Shown one piece after another: positions 48,343-58,531 of a stretch of DNA of 64,000 bases. A program made the position numbers and the translations under genes. Positions within the stretch are counted from its first letter, which is position 1, and each line of letters begins with the position of its first letter. Below the pieces are notes generated by a model, which was not told the DNA's origin, searched no databases, and saw nothing but the letters and a program-made list of their open reading frames with translations. This DNA comes from Chloroflexota bacterium (lineage in GTDB: Bacteria; Chloroflexota; Anaerolineae; UBA2200; JACIWT01), in contig JACIWT010000005.1 of the NCBI GenBank assembly GCA_014360825.1, positions 16,248 to 80,247 on the forward strand. The letters run 5' to 3'.

Positions 48343-49194
48343 TCACTCGCACAGTATCCGAAAGGTCACCAATTCGATATCCAAGTCCTCTATCAAGGCC
48401 CGCACCTGGGGGTCACAGAGCAAAGTTAACTCGCGCTCTCGCTCCTGGGCATAACTGCTGTGAGCCAACAGTTCTTCGTCGGCCAGGCCGGGGTGGGTCA
48501 TCAGTTCGCTAACTCCAGGGGCCAATTGCGGCAAAGCAGTCAGTAGCCACTCCAGTGTGAGTTGTTTCTCTCCATAGAAGTCGCCCACGAAGTGATCGGG
48601 GTAAGTCAGTTTGCGCGCGCGCACCAATTGCCAATTCTGGGCCACTACCTGGCGTATTATGTCCAGGGGGATCTGGTTCCCCAGCACTGCTGGGGGCTGG
48701 GCGCTCTCTATAGACTCTTCAGGGGGCAAAGGCATGCGCAATGGCAGATGGTATTTCTCGGCCAGTTCCAGGTAAACGCCGAAGAAGAGGGGGTGAATGT
48801 GGGCCGGGTGGTGGCAATCCAGGTGGTCTGGTTCTCGTCCGCAGGCGCGGAAGGCCTCGATCTGAGCCACCCACTCGGCACGCAATTGGCTCAAGTCCAC
48901 CTGCGCTGCGCGCATCAATTGCACTTCAGGTCTGTAGAATTGGCCATTCGCATCCACGAGCGTGGAAACCTCTTTTGCCGGTTGCAGTGGCGACCCGAAT
49001 GTAAAATTCAGGTGCACCCCCACTCCTAACCTCGGATACTGTGCTGCCAATCGCAGTGCTTCCCGTGCGTAGGGCAAATTCATCATCGCGGTAGTGCTGG
49101 TAACGATGCCCTCCCGATGGGCGCGCAGGATCCCCTCGGTCACACCAGGCGTGCGGCCAAAATCATCGGCATTGACAATCAGTTGCCGCTTCAT
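48343..49194 (-). CDS. chbG: ChbG/YdjC-family carbohydrate (chitooligosaccharide) deacetylase
   Basis: MKRQLIVNADDFG...HLDCHH are the YdjC motifs. Confidence 0.85.
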   Translation of the reverse strand: MKRQLIVNADDFGRTPGVTEGILRAHREGIVTSTTAMMNLPYAREALRLAAQYPRLGVGVHLNFTFGSPLQPAKEVSTLVDANGQFYRPEVQLMRAAQVDLSQLRAEWVAQIEAFRACGREPDHLDCHHPAHIHPLFFGVYLELAEKYHLPLRMPLPPEESIESAQPPAVLGNQIPLDIIRQVVAQNWQLVRARKLTYPDHFVGDFYGEKQLTLEWLLTALPQLAPGVSELMTHPGLADEELLAHSSYAQERERELTLLCDPQVRALIEDLDIELVTFRILCE

Positions 49195-50438
49195 TCCTCC
49201 CCTCCGGCTGGCACCTCCACCCTGATCATCTGTGCCTCATAGACCCGATAGAATGGATACCAGATGGCAGTATTGATAATCAGATTCATCGCTGCCAAGA
49301 GGATCGCTTTCCAATCGCCCGTAGCCATATAGGCCCCGATGGGGAAGGGGAGAACGAAAGGAATGGCGGCATAGACCCGCCCCACCAGGTTCAGAGCCAT
49401 AGCCGCATAGGCGATGGTAGTGGTCACAAGCGAACCGAGGATGAAGGGAATGAAGAGAACGGGGTTCAGGACAATGGGCACGCCAAAGACCACCGGCTCG
49501 TTAATATTGAAGATGGCTGGCAGCAGTGCTAAACGTCCGACCTGGCGCAGACGGGCGGACTTGGAACGCAGCATTAGGATGACTAACCCCAAGGTTCCAC
49601 CTACGCCGCCGATGGCGACGAACCAGTAGACCAGCCCCTCGGTGACAATATGGGGCAACACTGCTTCCCCGCGCGCCGCAGCATCGGCGTTCGCGGCCAG
49701 CAGGGGCAAGATAAGGGGCAACAGGATGGAACCGACCACCGCTGCCCCGTGGATGCCGACGCTCCATAGGAGGTTGATCAGTAGCACGGCCAACAGAAGA
49801 GCCGGCAACGTGTCGGCAGCGCTCAGCAGTGGGCGCACAACGGCAAGTACTACGTCATGGATGCTGATTCCCAAGAGGACTCGTATGACCCAGATAATCA
49901 GGATCGTTACCGCCGCTGGGACAATAGCCTGGAAAGGAGCGGCGATGCCTGGAGGTACTCCCGGCGGCATGCGGATGGTCAGACGACGCTGCGTGAAAAA
50001 GCGGGTCACTTCGACAGTGAGCAGGCCCACCAAAATGCCGACGATCAATCCTTCGCCGCCCAGGAAACGGGAAGCGATGGTGTACTCCGTCACCGGGCCC
50101 TCGGCTGGGTTACCCAGGAGGGTCACCGGAATGGAGAGTAAGAAAGCGGAGACTGAGACAAGGGCGGTGGTTAATGTGTCTAAGCCATACTCATTGGCCA
50201 GAGCATGAGCGACCGAAAAGGCGGCGGCCAGTCCCATAATACCCATAGTCAAGTTGAAAATCTCGAAGAATTGTTGGCCGAAGCCAATGAAACCACTGAA
50301 GATGCCGAAGATGAGGGCGAAACTACCGACCATGATGATGGGCATTACTCCCATCATCCCATCACGGATGGCACGCATGTGGCGTTGTTCCGCGATGGCC
50401 ACTAACGATGGTATGAGGCGAATGCGAATCCAGTCCAT
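49191..50438 (-). CDS. PTS lactose/cellobiose-family IIC permease (copy 1)
   Basis: Ten TM helices with PTS EIIC type-3 motifs (GGVGGTLGLVILMLRSKSARLRQVGRLALLPAIFNINEPVVFG). Confidence 0.85.
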   Translation of the reverse strand: MDWIRIRLIPSLVAIAEQRHMRAIRDGMMGVMPIIMVGSFALIFGIFSGFIGFGQQFFEIFNLTMGIMGLAAAFSVAHALANEYGLDTLTTALVSVSAFLLSIPVTLLGNPAEGPVTEYTIASRFLGGEGLIVGILVGLLTVEVTRFFTQRRLTIRMPPGVPPGIAAPFQAIVPAAVTILIIWVIRVLLGISIHDVVLAVVRPLLSAADTLPALLLAVLLINLLWSVGIHGAAVVGSILLPLILPLLAANADAAARGEAVLPHIVTEGLVYWFVAIGGVGGTLGLVILMLRSKSARLRQVGRLALLPAIFNINEPVVFGVPIVLNPVLFIPFILGSLVTTTIAYAAMALNLVGRVYAAIPFVLPFPIGAYMATGDWKAILLAAMNLIINTAIWYPFYRVYEAQMIRVEVPAGGEE

Positions 50439-50455
50439 TGAGTTCTCCTCCCCAT

Positions 50456-51820
50456 TCAGTGCAATGGCGGGAAAAGATCGCCATGTGCTTCTATGTAATC
50501 GTCCAGGATGCGTTTGGCGATCTCATAGGTAGGCACCAGCGGGTGTAGGGCCAGGGCTTTGAGCGCGAGTTGGTATGAGCCCGAGAGTGCGGCCTCGATG
50601 GTCAGGCGCTCGAATTCCTTCACTTGCTTCATCAGCCCCAGGGCATGGTCGGGAACAGAGCCGATGGCAATGGGCCGCACGATAGACTTGCCCAGGTAGC
50701 AGGTGACCTCTACCACGTCTCGTTCATTCATGCCGGCGATGGCCCCCCGGTTGGGCACATTTAGGATGGAGATGCCCCGACGTACTCCCGAGAGGCACTC
50801 TATCACCCCAAGGGCCACACCCTCGTATCCCTCTTCCTCCAGGGCCGTTTCCAGCCCTTCGATTTCCGGCTTGTGTCCGGTCTCCACGGTCATATAGGTC
50901 TCGCCGCGTTTCATCAGGTAGGCCATATAGGTCTGCAGAATCTGCTCTTCGCTTGCCCCGTCATCACGCAGGCGCTTCAGTTCGGCGAAGAGCCACTCGT
51001 TCAGCTCTTGGATCTGCTCTCCCCGGCTTTTCCCGGCAGCAAGGATGTGTTGTACAGCCTGGGCATTATGATAGTAGAAATACAGGTATTCGTTGGGGAT
51101 CAGACCCAGCGCAGCGATGAACTTGTGGTCAAAGGGAAGTCCTGGGATGGGTTTACCTACCTTGACTAGGCTGGCGATGACATCTGGCAGGACATCTCGG
51201 CCATTGAGGTATGCTGCTCGCACCCAACCCAGGTGGTTCAGCCCGAAGTATTCTAAGAAAAGGTCCTCCGCCGCCACGCCCAAGGCGTGAGCCAAGGCCC
51301 GATGCATAGCCGCCGGATTGTCGCAGATGCCGACCACGCGTTGGAAATCGCTGTGGTTGGACAGGGCTTCGGTGATCAGCCCGGACGGGTTGGTGAAATT
51401 GATCAGCCAGGCTTGCGGCGCCAATTGGGCGATCAGTTTGGCGTAATGAAAGATCACCGGGATAGTACGCAAGGCCATGGCAAAACCGCCCGGTCCGGTC
51501 GTCTCCTGGCCCAACACACCGTAGCGCAAGGGCACGCGCTCGTCGGTTACTCGGGAGCGAATGCCGCCCACGCGGAAGGTGGTCAACACGTAGTCGGCGC
51601 CCTCGATAGCCTGGCGGGCATCGGTCGTCCAGATCGTGCGGAAAGTGGCTTTCCCCTCACGCAACACGGGCTGGCTCACCATCTGGATGAGGGCTAGATT
51701 CTCAGCGTTGATATCCATCAGGTAGAGGTCTGTGAGGCCCAACTTTTGCTGATGGCGTATTACCCCTCGCAACATGAGCGGGGTGCGGACTCCGGCGGTG
51801 CCGATAATAGTTAGTTTCAA
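50456..51820 (-). CDS. glycoside hydrolase family 4 paralog with a divergent N-terminal dinucleotide-binding motif
   Basis: Homologous throughout to the GH4 gene at 42968, but the N-terminus reads MKLTIIGTAGVRTP instead of VIGGGSTYTP. Confidence 0.8.
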   Translation of the reverse strand: MKLTIIGTAGVRTPLMLRGVIRHQQKLGLTDLYLMDINAENLALIQMVSQPVLREGKATFRTIWTTDARQAIEGADYVLTTFRVGGIRSRVTDERVPLRYGVLGQETTGPGGFAMALRTIPVIFHYAKLIAQLAPQAWLINFTNPSGLITEALSNHSDFQRVVGICDNPAAMHRALAHALGVAAEDLFLEYFGLNHLGWVRAAYLNGRDVLPDVIASLVKVGKPIPGLPFDHKFIAALGLIPNEYLYFYYHNAQAVQHILAAGKSRGEQIQELNEWLFAELKRLRDDGASEEQILQTYMAYLMKRGETYMTVETGHKPEIEGLETALEEEGYEGVALGVIECLSGVRRGISILNVPNRGAIAGMNERDVVEVTCYLGKSIVRPIAIGSVPDHALGLMKQVKEFERLTIEAALSGSYQLALKALALHPLVPTYEIAKRILDDYIEAHGDLFPPLH

Positions 51821-51922
51821 GGCATTACCCCACGGTGATGTATTCGCTTTGTCTCAGGGAGAGGGGAGGGTGCCACCTGGTACCCTCCCCTCGGGTGGTC
51901 GAAGTTGTAGGCTGGGATATCC

Positions 51923-53194
51923 TTACGCTCCCTCTTTCTCCAGCACCTGACGCTCCCAGGCACGGAAGAACGGGTACCAGATGATACCCGGGATGACGAA
52001 CTCGGTGATGATCCCCAGGATACTTGCTTTCCAGTCGTAGCCGGTGGCCAGGTACATCAGGATGGGCGTGGGCAGCGTCCAGGGAGCAGCAACAGCGGTC
52101 GGGCGCACAAAGCCGATCACGTGGGCGATCCAGGCCACAGTGGTGTTGAGGAAGGTGATGACAATGAAGGGGATAGCCATCACTGGGTTGAAGATGACCG
52201 GCGTGCCAAAGGTGATGGGCTCATTGATGTTGAAGATGCCGGGCCAGATTCCCAGCCAGCCCACCCGGCGCAGCCGAGCGGACTTGGAGCGGATGAGATA
52301 GATAGCCAGCGGCAGGGTAGCACCGGAGCCGCCAGGCACGACATAACTGCGGAAGAGGTCAGTGTAGATCCAGGGCAGTGGCTTGCCCGCGGCCAAAGCC
52401 GCAGCGTTGTCTGCTAGGTTGCTGGTCCAAATGGGCGAGAGCACGATGCCGATGGTCAGGTCGCCGTGGATACCGAGGGTCCACAGGAAAGCATGGATGC
52501 TTTCGGCGATGGCCGCCGCCACATAAGAGGAAGCGGCAGGCACGATGTGGGAGAGAGCCACGACCACCCCATGGGCTACATCAATCCCTAGTACGACGCG
52601 CACGAGCCAGGCTAGCAGGAAAGTCACGATGGCGGGGATCAGGGCCACGAAGGCGGCTGTGATGGAGGGCGGCACTCCTTCCGGCATTCGGATAACCAGG
52701 TTGCGCTTGACGAACCAGTTGTAGATCTCCACCGAAAGTAGGGCGACGATGATGGCGGTAAAGAGGCCCTGGTTATCGAAATAGGTGCCGGGCAGACCCT
52801 GCTCACCCCACGCGCCCAGAATTGGACTGGCAATAGTGATGAAAGCCAAGAGTGACAGGGCGGCAGGCATCAGGGGGTCGAGTCCTTTACGTCGTGCCAG
52901 GTGGTAGGAAATAGTTACGGAGGCGAACAGGGCCAACAAGCCATAAGCCATGTTGAAGGGCACCCACAGTTTGCTGGATAGTTCGGGGTTCGCATCGAGG
53001 AACTCCAGCCAACTGGGGACGGGGAACTGCAGGATGAGCAGGCTGAAGGCTCCAGTGATCAAGAGGGGCATCAAACCGGCTAAGCCATCCCGGACGGAGG
53101 CCAGATGCGGCTGGTCAAACAACGGGGCCAGCGCTTCCATTGCATCGGACAGCCTGTCAGCCCAACTTTTCTTCTCCCCAGATACAGCAGCCAT
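51923..53194 (-). CDS. PTS lactose/cellobiose-family IIC permease (copy 2)
   Basis: IYLIRSKSARLRRVGWLGIWPGIFNINEPITFG is paralogous to the IIC gene at 49191. Confidence 0.85.
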   Translation of the reverse strand: MAAVSGEKKSWADRLSDAMEALAPLFDQPHLASVRDGLAGLMPLLITGAFSLLILQFPVPSWLEFLDANPELSSKLWVPFNMAYGLLALFASVTISYHLARRKGLDPLMPAALSLLAFITIASPILGAWGEQGLPGTYFDNQGLFTAIIVALLSVEIYNWFVKRNLVIRMPEGVPPSITAAFVALIPAIVTFLLAWLVRVVLGIDVAHGVVVALSHIVPAASSYVAAAIAESIHAFLWTLGIHGDLTIGIVLSPIWTSNLADNAAALAAGKPLPWIYTDLFRSYVVPGGSGATLPLAIYLIRSKSARLRRVGWLGIWPGIFNINEPITFGTPVIFNPVMAIPFIVITFLNTTVAWIAHVIGFVRPTAVAAPWTLPTPILMYLATGYDWKASILGIITEFVIPGIIWYPFFRAWERQVLEKEGA

Positions 53195-53343
53195 TGCGGA
53201 TACTCCTTTCTTGATTTAATTAGGAAAATGGTCCACTGCAGAACAAATTGTTGGTTTCTTTCTCACCTCCTTTATGCCCAATTTTAGCGCTTGATGCCAC
53301 CGTGGCTCATCGCCGTGTCTTCCGCGCTACTTGAGGCAGTGTG

Positions 53344-53361
53344 GTTCACCATTTTGTGAAC
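53344..53361. promoter_or_regulatory. inverted repeat GTTCAC-N6-GTGAAC (within the near-palindrome TGGTTCACCA) upstream of the PTS locus
   Basis: Read directly. It resembles GntR/HutC-type dre half-sites (TGGT..ACCA). Confidence 0.3.
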
Positions 53362-53555
53362 TCATCACCATGAGCAGGCAATTGAGGAGAAGATTGGAGC
53401 CAGACCCGCCTGCAACTTTGCCACCCTAACCCTTGCAATTGATATTTTACCACTGAAGAGGGTCTCTGTCAAGGGTTTTGTGCATTTCTCATGTTCTCAG
53501 GCGACTAGTGTAAAGTTAGATTGCTGTTGACACCTTCGAAAAATCACTTATTTTC

Positions 53556-53584
53556 TTGACTTTCGTCTTAATCTGTGCTATCTT
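53556..53584 (+). promoter_or_regulatory. promoter TTGACT-17-TATCTT
   Basis: Upstream of the MBL hydrolase gene. Confidence 0.35.
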
Positions 53585-53630
53585 TGCCCGTGAACCGTAG
53601 TTGGGGACGGCAAGATCGGACGAGGGGAGT

Positions 53631-54485
53631 ATGAGACGGGAGAGAATCGCGGAGGACATCTTTGTCTTCACCAGCGACTTGTACGCCCAAGTCAACGCCG
53701 GGGTGATTCTCACCTCGGAGGGTACGATCATCATTGATACCCTGCCCTTCCCTCAGGAGACGCGGGAGTTGCTGACTTTCGCCCGTCAGTATGGCAGTGG
53801 TGGCATTCGCTACGTCATCAACACCCATTATCACTCCGACCACACATACGGCACTTATCTTTTCAGCGGTGCGGAGGTCATATCCCACCGCCTTTGTCGG
53901 GAGAAACTCCTGCGCTTGGGTGAGCAGAGCCTGACCGAAGCCAAACGCGAGACCCCTGCCCTGGCCGAGGTAGAATTGCGCATTCCCAACATGATATTTG
54001 ACAATGAGATGTATCTGCATCTGGGGGCGCGATCGCTACGCCTCATTCATTTGCCCGGCCACACCCCAGATTCCATCGGCGTCTTTGTCGAAGGCGACAA
54101 AATCCTCTTCGCTGCCGACGCGCTCCTGCCCGTGCCCTACATTGTCTGGGGCGACCGAGAACAAATGGCCGAGTCGCTCAGAACCATCAAGAACCTGAGA
54201 CCCGACAGCGTTATCCAAGGTCACGGGCAAATCATCCTGCGGGGCGAATTGGGCGAGGAGGTGGATTCCAGCATCGCCTATCTGACCAACATCTACCAAG
54301 CGGTCAAGAGGGTTCTGGACAAGGGTCAACCTGAAGAGGCGCTGGGAAGCATTGATATCGAGGAGTGTGGCAAATCGCGCATCCCGCTGGATGGCCTCGT
54401 GCGCCAACTTCACCGGGGGAATTTGATCGCTCTGTACCGCCAACTGAAGGAGGGGAAGGAGAAAGGTAAGGCTCGATCCCAGTGA
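53631..54485 (+). CDS. MBL-fold metallo-hydrolase
   Basis: HYHSDH metal-binding motif and a GAGGGGAG RBS. Confidence 0.75.
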   Translation: MRRERIAEDIFVFTSDLYAQVNAGVILTSEGTIIIDTLPFPQETRELLTFARQYGSGGIRYVINTHYHSDHTYGTYLFSGAEVISHRLCREKLLRLGEQSLTEAKRETPALAEVELRIPNMIFDNEMYLHLGARSLRLIHLPGHTPDSIGVFVEGDKILFAADALLPVPYIVWGDREQMAESLRTIKNLRPDSVIQGHGQIILRGELGEEVDSSIAYLTNIYQAVKRVLDKGQPEEALGSIDIEECGKSRIPLDGLVRQLHRGNLIALYRQLKEGKEKGKARSQ

Positions 54486-54584
54486 TGAGGGTGCATTGCT
54501 CTGATAAAGGGATTTTCTCGTGATAAGCGCCACGTCCTCCATGGGGAGGACGTTTCTATATGCGGGCATCACTCGGGTTCAGGC

Positions 54585-55013
54585 TTACTCGCCGATCACT
54601 TTGTCAATGGGATGGGCCAGCATCACCCGGGTGGTCTGGCGGAAAGACATTTTCTTCCAGAACTCGAGGTTATCGCCCGGCACGGTGACCATGAGGCTGG
54701 TGGCTCCCCGCTCCTTGAAACGGCGGGCTGTCTCGCGCACTAAGGCGGTGCCGATGCCGCGCCGCTGGTAGTCGGGATGTACGGAAACGATGTGGATGAG
54801 AGCCTTCGAGCCGTCGTAAACGCCGCGGCTCATGCCGACGGGTTTGCCATCCTCCTCTGCTACCAGGAACACGGCAGCCTGGCACTCCTGCACGCGGCGC
54901 ATAGCCTCAGGGCCCTCGCTCTCAGGGTCACCGTACTGGAGATTGGCCTTGAGGATCTCCACAATGGCTTCGCAATCCTCAAGTCGAAAGTCGCGTATGC
55001 GCATGGGGACCAT
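54585..55013 (-). CDS. GNAT-family N-acetyltransferase
   Basis: QRRGIGTALV is the acetyl-CoA-binding motif. Confidence 0.8.
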   Translation of the reverse strand: MVPMRIRDFRLEDCEAIVEILKANLQYGDPESEGPEAMRRVQECQAAVFLVAEEDGKPVGMSRGVYDGSKALIHIVSVHPDYQRRGIGTALVRETARRFKERGATSLMVTVPGDNLEFWKKMSFRQTTRVMLAHPIDKVIGE

Positions 55014-55078
55014 CCTCTTCTACCGTTTGCTAACATTGTACAACCAAGCAGGTTGGTTGTCAATGACAGCCCGATCCC

Positions 55079-55951
55079 TCAGATATCAACGCCCAGGAAG
55101 GTGCGCATAAGGAAGCCAAGCAAGAAACTGAATGCCGCAACTCCCAGGCTCACCCCTGCCATCTCAAAAAACCGCCTAGTAAATGGTTCGTCTTTGGCTA
55201 CAGAGACATAGTAGTTGAACAGGGCAATGATCAAGATGGCCCCGACCAGCGTGCAACTCAAACACAGGTAGTAGTTCGTGAGCAGCAGGTAAGGAAGGAT
55301 GAGGAGCAGAACGGTGGCCAGATATGTCACTCCCGTGTAAATAGAGGCTCGCACCGGATTCTTGACCGTCTTCTCTGCCTTCGTGGACAGGTACTCGGAG
55401 GCCGCCATAGATAAGGCAGCGGCGATGCCAGTGATCGAACCAGTCAGGGCAATCAGCCTTGTGTCTTGTAGCGCCAAGGTCAAACCAGCCAGCGCACCGG
55501 TCAATTCCACCAACGCATCGTTTAGACCCAACACGATGGAGCCGGTATAGCGAAGTCTTTCTTCGTCCAGCAATTGGAGCAACGCCGCCTCATGATGATT
55601 CTCATCCAGAAAGATCTCATGTGCTTCGGGGATCACTTCCTCTAACTGCTCGTAGTGTTCTTGGGCATCTTCCTCTCCCCGCTCCATCAGTTTGACGGCG
55701 AAGGTGAAGCCGAAAACCCGGCTGATCCAATAGTACTGCCAGATCTTCCACTGGCTCGGGGTTACATCCTGCTGGGTGTAGTTGCGCCACTGGCGATAGT
55801 GGCGCAACTCATCATCGGCAATGTCCTCTAATATCCGTCGGTTTTCAGATAGTTGGACTCGCCCAGCCAACTTTTTGTAAATGTGATGCTCGGTGATCTC
55901 ATTTTTCTGATAAATCAGCAGTCTTTCACGCAGGTCGTCGCTGATGTTCAT
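55079..55951 (-). CDS. VIT1/CCC1-family iron transporter with an N-terminal ferritin-like (erythrin) domain (MbfA-like)
   Basis: N-terminal ExxH-type helices (EDIADDELRHY...EEDAQEHYE) and a C-terminal 5-TM VIT domain. The ORF extends to 55972. Confidence 0.7.
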   Translation of the reverse strand: MNISDDLRERLLIYQKNEITEHHIYKKLAGRVQLSENRRILEDIADDELRHYRQWRNYTQQDVTPSQWKIWQYYWISRVFGFTFAVKLMERGEEDAQEHYEQLEEVIPEAHEIFLDENHHEAALLQLLDEERLRYTGSIVLGLNDALVELTGALAGLTLALQDTRLIALTGSITGIAAALSMAASEYLSTKAEKTVKNPVRASIYTGVTYLATVLLLILPYLLLTNYYLCLSCTLVGAILIIALFNYYVSVAKDEPFTRRFFEMAGVSLGVAAFSFLLGFLMRTFLGVDI

Positions 55952-57693
55952 TGTGCAGTGTCCTTTGGGCAATATTCGTTGTTGGGTGCTCTGAGCATTG
56001 CGTCGAGTTCTGCAAAGAGATCATCCCGTTTCACTAAGCGTCCTCTCGCTTCATCCCGGCGCTTGATTTCAATGCCGTCTTGGGCCAGTGTGCGCCGGCT
56101 GATGGTCAGACGCCAAGGGATGCCAATCAGATCTGCGTCGTTGAACTTGACCCCTGCCGTCTCGTCCCGGTCGTCGTAGAGGACTTCGTACCCCCGTTCC
56201 TCCAGTTCCCGGTACAGTTTCTCTGCCTGCTCGACCACTTCTGGTTCATTGGTGCTCAGAGCGACCAAGTGAATCTGGAAGGGTGCAACAGACGCTGGCC
56301 ATACGATGCCTTTCTCGTCGTGATGCTGCTCCACGATCGCAGCCATGAGCCGCCCGGTGCCTATACCATAGGAGCCCATGACAATGGGTCGGGCTTGTCC
56401 GTTCGGGTCCAGATAAGTTGCCCCCACCGCCTCGCTGTACTTGGTCCCCAACTTGAACAGGTGTCCGAGTTCGATGCCCCGTACCGCGGTGAGTGCCCTC
56501 CCGCATTTGGCACAGGCATCGCCGGCTCGCGCCAAGGCGATGTCCACCACCATATCCGCTGTGAAGTCGCGGGGATAGTTGACGTTTTTGAGGTGGTAGC
56601 CCTCTCTGTTTGCCCCGACCACAAAGTTGCTGCCGGCGGTGATGGATTGGTCGGCGATCACCCGTGCGCTGCCTGTGTAGCCCACCGGCGAGGCATATCC
56701 GGCTACGATCTCGGCCTCTCGGAGGGCCTCATCGCTGGCCGGCTCTAGTCCCGTCCCGCCCAGCACGTTGGACAACTTGACCTCATTCACGTCCAGATCG
56801 CCACGGATCACGACAAAGATGACCTGGCCCTCGCTCGTGGTGTAGAAGACGGCTTTCAAGGTCTGTCGAGTGGGCACCCCCACGTATTCGGCCACACTCT
56901 GAATCGTCTCGCACCCTGGCGTGGCCACCTCCTCGATTGGCTGTTCAGGCTGTCTCTCCTGCGGTGGCAGGGCGAAGATGGCTTTCTCTGCGTTGGCTGC
57001 GTAGCCACAGCCTGGGCAGAGGATGAGGGTGTCCTCGCCCTCCTCGTTCACGATCATGAACTCGTGGGAGATTGCGCCGCCCATAATACCGGTATCCGCC
57101 TCCACTGCGATCGTCTCTACGGCGCAGCGTCGGAAAATGTTCGTGTAAGCCTGGTACATGCGCGGATAGTATTCGTCCAGACTGGCCGAGTCGGCATGGC
57201 AACTGTAGGCGTCTTTCATGGTAAACTCTCGGGCTCGCAACAGGCCGCCCCTGGGCCGCGGCTCGTCGCGGAATTTGGTCTGAATGTGATACACCATCAG
57301 CGGGAGTTGGCGGTAGGAGTGTATCTCGCGGCGTAGGAGGTCGGCAACGACTTCCTCGTGAGTCATAGCCAGGACCATTGGCCGACCTGCACGGTCCTTG
57401 AACCGCACCAGCGCCGGGCCTGGAGCGTGCGCATCGTAGCGGCCAGTGGCTATCCAGACTTCGGCAGGATTGACCACGGGCAGGCTCACTTCTTGTCCTC
57501 CGATGGCGTCCATCTCTTCGCGCATGATAGTCTCGATCTTGCGCAGCACGCGCCACCCCAGAGGCAAGTAACTGTAGATGCCCGCGGCAAGCGGACGGAT
57601 CATCCCGGCCCGCAACATCAGTTGATGGCTGATGAGATCAGCCTCCGCTGGCGTCTCACGGAGTGTACGGCCCAGAAGTCTGGAGAATCGCAT
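55948..57693 (-). CDS. proS: proline--tRNA ligase (bacterial type, with editing domain)
   Basis: Class II aaRS motifs and a ProRS-specific insertion domain. 581 aa. Confidence 0.95.
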   Translation of the reverse strand: MRFSRLLGRTLRETPAEADLISHQLMLRAGMIRPLAAGIYSYLPLGWRVLRKIETIMREEMDAIGGQEVSLPVVNPAEVWIATGRYDAHAPGPALVRFKDRAGRPMVLAMTHEEVVADLLRREIHSYRQLPLMVYHIQTKFRDEPRPRGGLLRAREFTMKDAYSCHADSASLDEYYPRMYQAYTNIFRRCAVETIAVEADTGIMGGAISHEFMIVNEEGEDTLILCPGCGYAANAEKAIFALPPQERQPEQPIEEVATPGCETIQSVAEYVGVPTRQTLKAVFYTTSEGQVIFVVIRGDLDVNEVKLSNVLGGTGLEPASDEALREAEIVAGYASPVGYTGSARVIADQSITAGSNFVVGANREGYHLKNVNYPRDFTADMVVDIALARAGDACAKCGRALTAVRGIELGHLFKLGTKYSEAVGATYLDPNGQARPIVMGSYGIGTGRLMAAIVEQHHDEKGIVWPASVAPFQIHLVALSTNEPEVVEQAEKLYRELEERGYEVLYDDRDETAGVKFNDADLIGIPWRLTISRRTLAQDGIEIKRRDEARGRLVKRDDLFAELDAMLRAPNNEYCPKDTAQ

Positions 57694-57772
57694 AGTTGCC
57701 CTCCCATGATTGCTTCGCGGTTGAGTGAAGTTTACTCATTTCCTGACCCTGTGCAAAAAGAGAACCATGGAT

Positions 57773-57802
57773 TTGGCTTCTCCTGCCCCTTTCAGATATA
57801 AT
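57773..57802 (+). promoter_or_regulatory. promoter TTGGCT-18-TATAAT
   Basis: Upstream of the GloB-like gene. Confidence 0.4.
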
Positions 57803-57835
57803 GGCGGACAACTTTCCCTTCGTTGGAGGCTAACG

Positions 57836-58462
57836 TTGTTCATCGAAACACTCGTCGTAGGTCCATTGCAGGCCAACTGCTACATCGTGGGAGATAAGGC
57901 CACCTCAGAAGCGTTGGTGATTGACCCTGGCGGTGATGCCGATAAGATACTCGATGTCATTGCCGAATTGGGCGCGACTGTCAAAATGATCGTGAATACC
58001 CACGGGCACGTGGATCACATCCTGGCCAACGGGCGGATCAAAGAGGCCACCAATGCCCCCATTGCCATTCACGCCGCCGACGCGGGGATGTTGACCAACC
58101 CCCTGGCCGCTTTTTCATTCTTGCTCGGCGTGCTGAAGCCAAGCCCGCCTGCCGATGTGATGCTCTCCGAGGGCGACGTGCTGGATGTGGGGGGTGTTCA
58201 TCTCCGCGTGATCCACACCCCAGGCCACTCTCGGGGAGGCATCTGCTTGTACGAAGAGAAAGAGGGCGTGGTATTCACTGGCGACACGCTATTTCAAGGG
58301 GGCATCGGGCGCTTTGACTTCCTCGGCGGCAGCCGTCAGACGCTTCTGGATAGTATCCGCACCAAGTTGCTCACCCTGCCGGATGAAACTGTCGTCTACC
58401 CGGGTCATGGCCCGGCCACGACCATCGGCCAGGAGCGACGATACAATCCCTTCTTGATTTGA
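57836..58462 (+). CDS. MBL-fold hydrolase (hydroxyacylglutathione hydrolase GloB-like)
   Basis: TTG start after a GGAGG RBS. N-terminal FIETLVVGPLQANCYIV and THGHVDH. Confidence 0.75.
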   Translation: MFIETLVVGPLQANCYIVGDKATSEALVIDPGGDADKILDVIAELGATVKMIVNTHGHVDHILANGRIKEATNAPIAIHAADAGMLTNPLAAFSFLLGVLKPSPPADVMLSEGDVLDVGGVHLRVIHTPGHSRGGICLYEEKEGVVFTGDTLFQGGIGRFDFLGGSRQTLLDSIRTKLLTLPDETVVYPGHGPATTIGQERRYNPFLI

Positions 58463-58531
58463 GAACAGTCTGAACCACCCTCGCGCCCACTCCCATATCT
58501 CCCTGGATTTGGAGGATGGTGAGGACCAACG

